35,920 nt of DNA from an uncultured Candidatus Saccharibacteria bacterium. GTDB lineage: Bacteria; Patescibacteriota; Minisyncoccia; Phycocordibacterales; DATDWN01. Both the position numbers and the translations under genes were made by a program. The notes beneath the pieces were generated by a model. The model made no database searches, had not been told where the DNA came from, and was given only the letters and a program-made list of their open reading frames with translations. Within the stretch, counting starts at the first letter, position 1. Every line of letters starts with the position of its first letter. Where the stretch lies: contig CAZKCA010000006.1 of assembly GCA_964551495.1 (NCBI GenBank), forward strand, positions 1-35,920, given 5' to 3'. Below are positions 31,473-35,920 of the stretch, piece by piece.

Positions 31473-34148
31473 ATGCCACCATTTAATCAATTTACAACAA
31501 AAGCCAAAGAAGCTATTCGTAAGACACACGAATTGGCTATAGAAAGGAACCAGAACCACGTGAGTCCTTTGCATCTTCTGGTCGCTTTGGTGTTGCAAGA
31601 AGACAGTATAGTTCAGTCTATTTTGGATAGGTTAGAAGTGGACACAATACTTTTATCAGACTCTCTTTTAGATCTTATAGAAGGAAGTGATGTTGGTCAG
31701 ACTCTATCTGCTTCGTATCAAATGTATCTTACTCCAGAGTTGGCTCAAATATTGGATAATTCTTCTAAAGAAGCTGCTGCTTTGAATGACGAATTTATAT
31801 CAACCGAACACTTGTTTTTATCAATTGTTTCTATTCCATCTTCTGCAAGAGATTTACTTATAAAATTTAAAATAGAAAAAGATAAAATTCTGAAAATTTT
31901 AGAAGAGATAAAAAATACCAAAGAAGTTTTGAAAGACACACCAAAAAAGTTTAAGGCACTTTCAAAATATACAAGAAATTTAACCAAACTAGCCCTACAA
32001 AATAAATTAGACCCTGTTATTGGAAGAGATAGTGAAATATCTAGAATAATCCAAATTCTTTCAAGGAGAACAAAAAATAATCCAATCCTTATTGGAGAAG
32101 CTGGAGTTGGAAAGACTGCTATAGTCGAAGGTTTAGCCATAAGGATGTCTATGGGAGATGTTCCGGAGTCACTTAAAGATAAAGAACTAATTTCTTTGGA
32201 TCTTGGTCTACTTATTGCTGGAACAAAGTACAGAGGAGAATTTGAGGAAAGACTTAAAAATATTTTGAAGGAAATAGAAAAGTCTGATGGTAAAGTTATT
32301 TTATTTATAGATGAAATACATACTATTGTTGGAGCTGGTTCCGCTGAAGGGTCACTGGACGCTTCAAATATGCTAAAACCAGCACTTGCTAGGGGAGAGC
32401 TTAGGGCAATCGGAGCAACTACTCTAAAAGAGTATCAAAAACATATAGAAAAAGATCCTGCTTTGACTAGGAGATTTCAACCTGTATTTGTAAACGAGCC
32501 AAGTATAGAAGACGCTATTACTATTTTAAGAGGATTAAAAGAAAGATACGAATTGTATCATGGTGTCCGTATTACAGATGAAGCAATTATTTCTGCTGTA
32601 AATTTAAGTAGTAGATACATAACAGATAGATTTTTGCCAGATAAGGCGGTAGATCTTATAGATGAAGCATCTTCATATCTTAAAATTTCACTTGAAAATA
32701 TGCCTCCTGTATTAGAAGAAACTCATTCTAAAGTAGTTAAACTTGAAATAGAAAGAGAGGCTCTGAAAAAAGAAACTGATTCAAAGTCCAAAAACAGAAT
32801 TAAAGATATAGAAAAAGAGATTGCTGATCTAAAGGAAAAAACTTCTGAGATTGAATTGAAATGGAAAAATGAAAAAGAAACAGTTTCAGATATTAAAAAA
32901 ATAAAAAAAGATCTTGAAGAAATGAGAAGGGAAGCTGAGGCAGCCGAAGCCAGGGCAGATCTTTCTCGTGCAGCTGAAATTAGATATGGTAAAATCCCAG
33001 CTTTAGAAAAAGACTTAGATTCTAAAGCCAAAAGACTGAAAAAACTTCAAAGTTCAAGAAGGATTTTAAAAGAAGAAATTACAGAAAATGATATTGCTTC
33101 TATTGTTTCAAAATGGACAGGAATTCCTGTTTCTAGAATGCTTGAAGAAGAAGCTGAGAAACTTGGAAGAATGGAAGAAGTTTTGAAAGGAAGAATTGTT
33201 GGTCAAAATGAAGCGGTTTTGAAAATATCTGACACAATAAAAAGATCAAGAGCTGGTATAGCTGATCCAAATAGACCAATTGGTTCATTTATATTTCTAG
33301 GTCCTACAGGGGTTGGTAAAACAGAGCTAACAAAAGCTTTGGCAGAATTTATGTTTAACGATGATAATGCTTTGATAAGGATAGATATGTCTGAGTTTAT
33401 GGAAAAACATAGTATATCTAAACTTATTGGAGCTCCTCCTGGATATGTTGGTCACGAAGAAGGAGGAAGTATAACAGAAAAAATAAGACACAGACCTTAT
33501 TCTGTTGTTCTTTTCGACGAGGTTGAAAAAGCTCATCCAGAAGTTTTTAATGTGTTACTTCAAGTTTTGGATAATGGTAAACTGACTGATGCGAAAGGCA
33601 GGGTGGTAAACTTTAGAAACACAGTTATCATACTTACTTCAAATATTGGTTCTCAATACATAGATCGAATGGAAAAAATTGGTTTTGCGTATGATAAGAC
33701 TGACAAGGTTAATTATGAAGAAGCAAAAACAAAAGTTATGTCAGCCTTGAAAGATCATTTTAGACCAGAGTTTCTAAATAGATTGGATGAGATAATTATA
33801 TTCGATATTTTAAGCAAAGAAGCTATTGAAGAGATTGTTAAGATTCAAGTTGGAATTGTTACAAAAAGACTTGCTGAAAAAGAAATCTCACTTATTTTAT
33901 CCCCAAATGTTTACAAACATTTGGCTACCGAAGGATATAGTTCACAATACGGCGCAAGACCTTTGAAAAGACTTATACAAACAAAAATTCTTACACCAAT
34001 TGCTTCTCTTATAATTGGCAAGAAGATAATGAAAGGGGGAACGATCAATGTTGATATAAAAGGCAACGAATATATTTTTGATGTAAAGAAAGGAAGGAAG
34101 GGGTCTTTCATAAGCGATGGTTTTGTAGATAAAAATGTGCTAGCATAA
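31473..34148 (+). CDS. clpB: ATP-dependent chaperone ClpB
   Basis: Clp N-domain, two AAA+ modules ([16 protein letters not shown]) and a long coiled-coil middle domain, 891 aa. Confidence 0.95.
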   Translation: MPPFNQFTTKAKEAIRKTHELAIERNQNHVSPLHLLVALVLQEDSIVQSILDRLEVDTILLSDSLLDLIEGSDVGQTLSASYQMYLTPELAQILDNSSKEAAALNDEFISTEHLFLSIVSIPSSARDLLIKFKIEKDKILKILEEIKNTKEVLKDTPKKFKALSKYTRNLTKLALQNKLDPVIGRDSEISRIIQILSRRTKNNPILIGEAGVGKTAIVEGLAIRMSMGDVPESLKDKELISLDLGLLIAGTKYRGEFEERLKNILKEIEKSDGKVILFIDEIHTIVGAGSAEGSLDASNMLKPALARGELRAIGATTLKEYQKHIEKDPALTRRFQPVFVNEPSIEDAITILRGLKERYELYHGVRITDEAIISAVNLSSRYITDRFLPDKAVDLIDEASSYLKISLENMPPVLEETHSKVVKLEIEREALKKETDSKSKNRIKDIEKEIADLKEKTSEIELKWKNEKETVSDIKKIKKDLEEMRREAEAAEARADLSRAAEIRYGKIPALEKDLDSKAKRLKKLQSSRRILKEEITENDIASIVSKWTGIPVSRMLEEEAEKLGRMEEVLKGRIVGQNEAVLKISDTIKRSRAGIADPNRPIGSFIFLGPTGVGKTELTKALAEFMFNDDNALIRIDMSEFMEKHSISKLIGAPPGYVGHEEGGSITEKIRHRPYSVVLFDEVEKAHPEVFNVLLQVLDNGKLTDAKGRVVNFRNTVIILTSNIGSQYIDRMEKIGFAYDKTDKVNYEEAKTKVMSALKDHFRPEFLNRLDEIIIFDILSKEAIEEIVKIQVGIVTKRLAEKEISLILSPNVYKHLATEGYSSQYGARPLKRLIQTKILTPIASLIIGKKIMKGGTINVDIKGNEYIFDVKKGRKGSFISDGFVDKNVLA

Positions 34149-34200
34149 CTAAGTTAAAAATAATGTAACATAATAAAAAATATGTTATATTGTTTTTATT

Positions 34201-34283
34201 GCGTCGGTGGTAGAGTGGTCAATTACAACAGACTGTAAATCTGTCGGCTTCGGCCTACGAAGGTTCGAATCCTTCCCGGCGCA
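34201..34283 (+). tRNA. tRNA-Tyr (anticodon GTA), class II long variable arm
   Basis: GCGTCGG/CCGGCGC acceptor, ACAGA-CTGTAAA-TCTGT anticodon arm, GAAGG-TTCGAAT-CCTTC T-arm. No CCA encoded. Confidence 0.9.
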
Positions 34284-34446
34284 CAAAATAATTCCCGTAA
34301 GGGAATTTTTTGATTGACGCCGGAAGTAAACCTCTGGGAGAGGTTTACGTTAGGATTCGAAAACCTGTGATAACTTTTTGTGCGAGTAGCAACAAAAAGT
34401 AGAACAGGTGTACCGTTCATGTAATGAAAGAATCCTTCCCGGCGCA
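34284..34446 (+). repeat. tRNA-tail element Tyr (long AT-hairpin type), ending in a 17-nt copy of the tRNA-Tyr tail
   Basis: gaatccttcccggcgca occurs at 34267-34283 and 34430-34446. The interior starts with the hairpin AATTCCC-gtaa-GGGAATT plus T-run. Next comes an inverted tail copy, TGACGCCGGAAG-[hairpin]-GTTAGGATTCGAA. Then a long hairpin AACCTGT...ACAGGT and GTACCGTTCATGTAATGAAA. Confidence 0.8.
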
Positions 34447-34450
34447 AAAT

Positions 34451-34479
34451 TTGATTTTTTAGTCTAAATATGCTATAAT
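34451..34479 (+). promoter_or_regulatory. Sigma70-like promoter for the PQ-loop-like gene
   Basis: TTGATT, 17-nt spacer, TATAAT, starting 5 nt after the distal tRNA-Tyr tail copy. AAGGGGG RBS before the GTG at 34501. Confidence 0.6.
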
Positions 34480-34500
34480 TAAGGGCAGAAAGGGGGTAGT

Positions 34501-35070
34501 GTGAATACCTACCAAATCGTGAGTACCTTAGGTGCTCTGCTTCTTTACATTCCGCTTGCTTATCAGGTATGGACAGGAAAGGTAAAACAAAATCTTGCAA
34601 CTTGGATTCTTTGGGGGATTCAGGATGCAATCGCTTGTGCAGCAATTTTTGCACAGGGTGGCAATTGGTATATTGCCGGTGCTTACACATTGGGTTGTAT
34701 TGTTATACTATCTTGCATGGTAAGATCAAAAAATCTGACATGGGGACTATTTGAAACAATTACAGCTTCTACAGTAGCGATCTGTCTGGTCGGCTGGTAC
34801 TTTTCTGGACCATATCTTGCAAATATTTTATCTGTGGTAGGTTTGGCTTTAGCCACTTTCCCACAGATAAAAGATGCTTGGAAATATCCAGAGACAATGC
34901 CTGTCGGGATTTATTTCGGGTATACCATTGTAAACTTTTTGGCTACAGCTGGTGGGAATGCTTGGACGGTAGAAGAAAGACTCTATCCAGTAGTAGCAGG
35001 GTTTTGTTGTCTTATTGTGGCGGTATTACCACTTAGAAAAGTTAAATTCATTAAGCCCCATAGCGCCTAA
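34501..35070 (+). CDS. Polytopic membrane protein, PQ-loop-like (tentative)
   Basis: About 6-7 TM helices and a LATFPQIKDAWK PQ motif. GC is above background. The hairpin terminator at 35056-35090 encloses the stop codon. Confidence 0.5.
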   Translation: MNTYQIVSTLGALLLYIPLAYQVWTGKVKQNLATWILWGIQDAIACAAIFAQGGNWYIAGAYTLGCIVILSCMVRSKNLTWGLFETITASTVAICLVGWYFSGPYLANILSVVGLALATFPQIKDAWKYPETMPVGIYFGYTIVNFLATAGGNAWTVEERLYPVVAGFCCLIVAVLPLRKVKFIKPHSA

Positions 35071-35137
35071 GCGCTGTGGGGTTTTCGTTTGACTTGTTTT
35101 ATTCTTTGGTTTAGATTTTGTCATGGAGGCAGATTTG

Positions 35138-35401
35138 ATGTCTGATTGTCAAAATCAAAATGGAACAAAGAGATTGGTTCCATTTTCGGAACTAGTCATT
35201 GGTACGAAGTTCTTTTTTGGAACATCTGTGTGTATAAAAACACAGGAAGGGTGGACTTCGCCCTTGATTCAGTTTGAAGAAGTAAAACCTGAATTGTGCA
35301 AGTTTAACATTGTTTTTCTTACCCCCAATAGGGGGACAATGGGCTGGCTTTCGCCAGATCAGTGTGTGGAGGTTATTGCTCCACACTTGGAGGGCTCTTG
35401 A
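35138..35401 (+). CDS. Hypothetical protein (87 aa from the ATG at 35138)
   Basis: GGAGG lies 8 nt upstream of the ATG at 35138 (the track starts at 35123). A hairpin+T-run terminator lies at about 35403-35436. Confidence 0.45.
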   Translation: MSDCQNQNGTKRLVPFSELVIGTKFFFGTSVCIKTQEGWTSPLIQFEEVKPELCKFNIVFLTPNRGTMGWLSPDQCVEVIAPHLEGS

Positions 35402-35500
35402 GCTTATGCTCAGAGCCTTTTTTCTTTTGTTTTGTGTCTGATTTTGAGACTTGATATCAATATTTTTTTATGTTAGACTCTAATTCACTTATATAAAATT

Positions 35501-35656
35501 ATGTCACAAGATAGATTAATACCACTTAGAAACAAGGAGTCAGGAGAAGTTTACTGGACTTCAAAAAACAAAAAGAAAGTGGAAAGAAAAATAGAATTAA
35601 AGAAGTTTAGTAAAAAGCTCAGAAAAAGAGTGGTTTTCAAAGAGACTAAAAAATAA
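35501..35656 (+). CDS. rpmG: 50S ribosomal protein L33
   Basis: 51-aa ORF below the track cutoff: MSQDRLIPLRNKESGEVYWTSKNKKKVERKIELKKFSKKLRKRVVFKETKK. The Y.T.KNK....K(I/L)ELKK(F/Y)....(R/K)..V.FKE.K pattern is typical of L33. Confidence 0.85.
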   Translation: MSQDRLIPLRNKESGEVYWTSKNKKKVERKIELKKFSKKLRKRVVFKETKK

Positions 35657-35658
35657 AA

Positions 35659-35686
35659 CAAAACCGCCAAACGGCGGTTTTGTTTT
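35659..35686 (+). terminator. Intrinsic terminator after rpmG
   Basis: AAAACCGCC-aaac-GGCGGTTTT followed by a T-run. Confidence 0.8.
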
Positions 35687-35690
35687 ATAA

Positions 35691-35830
35691 TTTGCGGGAG
35701 ATGGAGGAATCGGTCAGGAATATTTTTTTCGTCGTCACTCGAAAAATTTCCCGACCCGGACTCGCGACCAAGTCTGCTGACTTGGTACCCGCTCCGTCTT
35801 TCGATTCCAAAGATAAAACCTTTGGTTTTG
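35691..35830 (-). repeat. tRNA-tail element Trp (CGGAGC...GGTCGCGAG core type), ending in a 22-nt exact copy of the tRNA-Trp tail
   Basis: tttgcgggagatggaggaatcg occurs at 35691-35712 and 35827-35848. Minus-strand order is as follows. Hairpin CCAAAG-gttttat-CTTTGG, then GGAATCGAA (inverted T-loop) and AGACGGAGCGGGTA. Then a CCAAGTC-AGCA-GACTTGG hairpin, TCGCGAGTCCGGGTCGGG, and a hairpin with loop GAGTGACGACGA. Then ATTCCTGACC and the tail copy. Confidence 0.8.
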
Positions 35831-35901
35831 CGGGAGATGGAGGAATCGAACCCCCGACAACGGTTTTGGAGACCGTTGTTATACCACTTAACTAATCTCC
35901 C
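35831..35901 (-). tRNA. tRNA-Trp (anticodon CCA)
   Basis: GGGAGAT/ATCTCCC acceptor, ACGGT-CTCCAAA-ACCGT anticodon arm, GGGGG-TTCGATT-CCTCC T-arm, discriminator G. No CCA encoded. Confidence 0.9.
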
Positions 35902-35920
35902 AGTAAAAAGAATACTATCA

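Noticed and set aside
34223-34690. 155-aa minus-strand ORF
   Set aside because: It is antisense to tRNA-Tyr, the Tyr tail element, the promoter and the 5' end of the better-supported plus-strand membrane-protein gene.
35691-35712. Retroelement primer-binding site (complement of a tRNA 3' end)
   Set aside because: The tail copies include genomic flank (for example TTTG before the Trp discriminator position) rather than the TGG complement of CCA. They are exact DNA-level duplicates of gene plus flank, and no reverse transcriptase is present in the window.
35680-35895. 71-aa plus-strand ORF
   Set aside because: It is antisense to the Trp tail element and tRNA-Trp. No RBS is present.

Overview
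AT-rich (about one-third GC by eye), gene-dense bacterial window. The gene content suggests an uncultivated, reduced-genome Patescibacteria/CPR-type organism: short IF-2, an array of T4SS-pilin-like genes, and tRNA genes without encoded CCA. This assignment is an inference. Recognisable housekeeping genes are tsaD, trxB, ftsZ, ftsA, ybeY, rpsU, lepB, pth, rpsA, gyrA, rbfA, infB, clpB, a NifS-like desulfurase, and rpmG (51 aa, absent from the ORF track). Eight uninterrupted tRNA genes are present: Val-GAC, Glu-TTC, Leu-TAG, Lys-CTT, Leu-TAA, Cys-GCA, Tyr-GTA and Trp-CCA. The main finding is a family of GC-rich, hairpin-rich elements of about 80-180 nt, 11 copies in the window. Ten sit directly on the 3' tails of six of the eight tRNA genes. 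Most tRNA-linked copies carry an inverted copy of that tRNA's T-loop region and end in a 17-22 nt copy of the tRNA tail. At the tRNA-Lys locus three of four units copy the short 3' flank instead. Their stems show compensatory changes between copies, they stack in tandem (four behind tRNA-Lys, two behind tRNA-Glu), and one orphan copy has perfect 14-bp inverted termini. No integrase or transposase is in the window; a free-standing HNH endonuclease sits inside the tRNA array. Other notable items: six tandem VirB2/TrbC-like pilin paralogs, two of which share a near-identical 120-nt 5' module; a GC-rich two-gene islet next to tRNA-Leu; an inverted pair of 83-nt GC-rich repeats downstream of ftsZ and gyrA; small orphan genes with near-consensus promoters; a tRNA-Val/tsaD junction of 2 nt; and apparently catalytically degenerate HisRS-like and trypsin-like proteins. 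All calls come from reading the sequence and translations; no database search was run.
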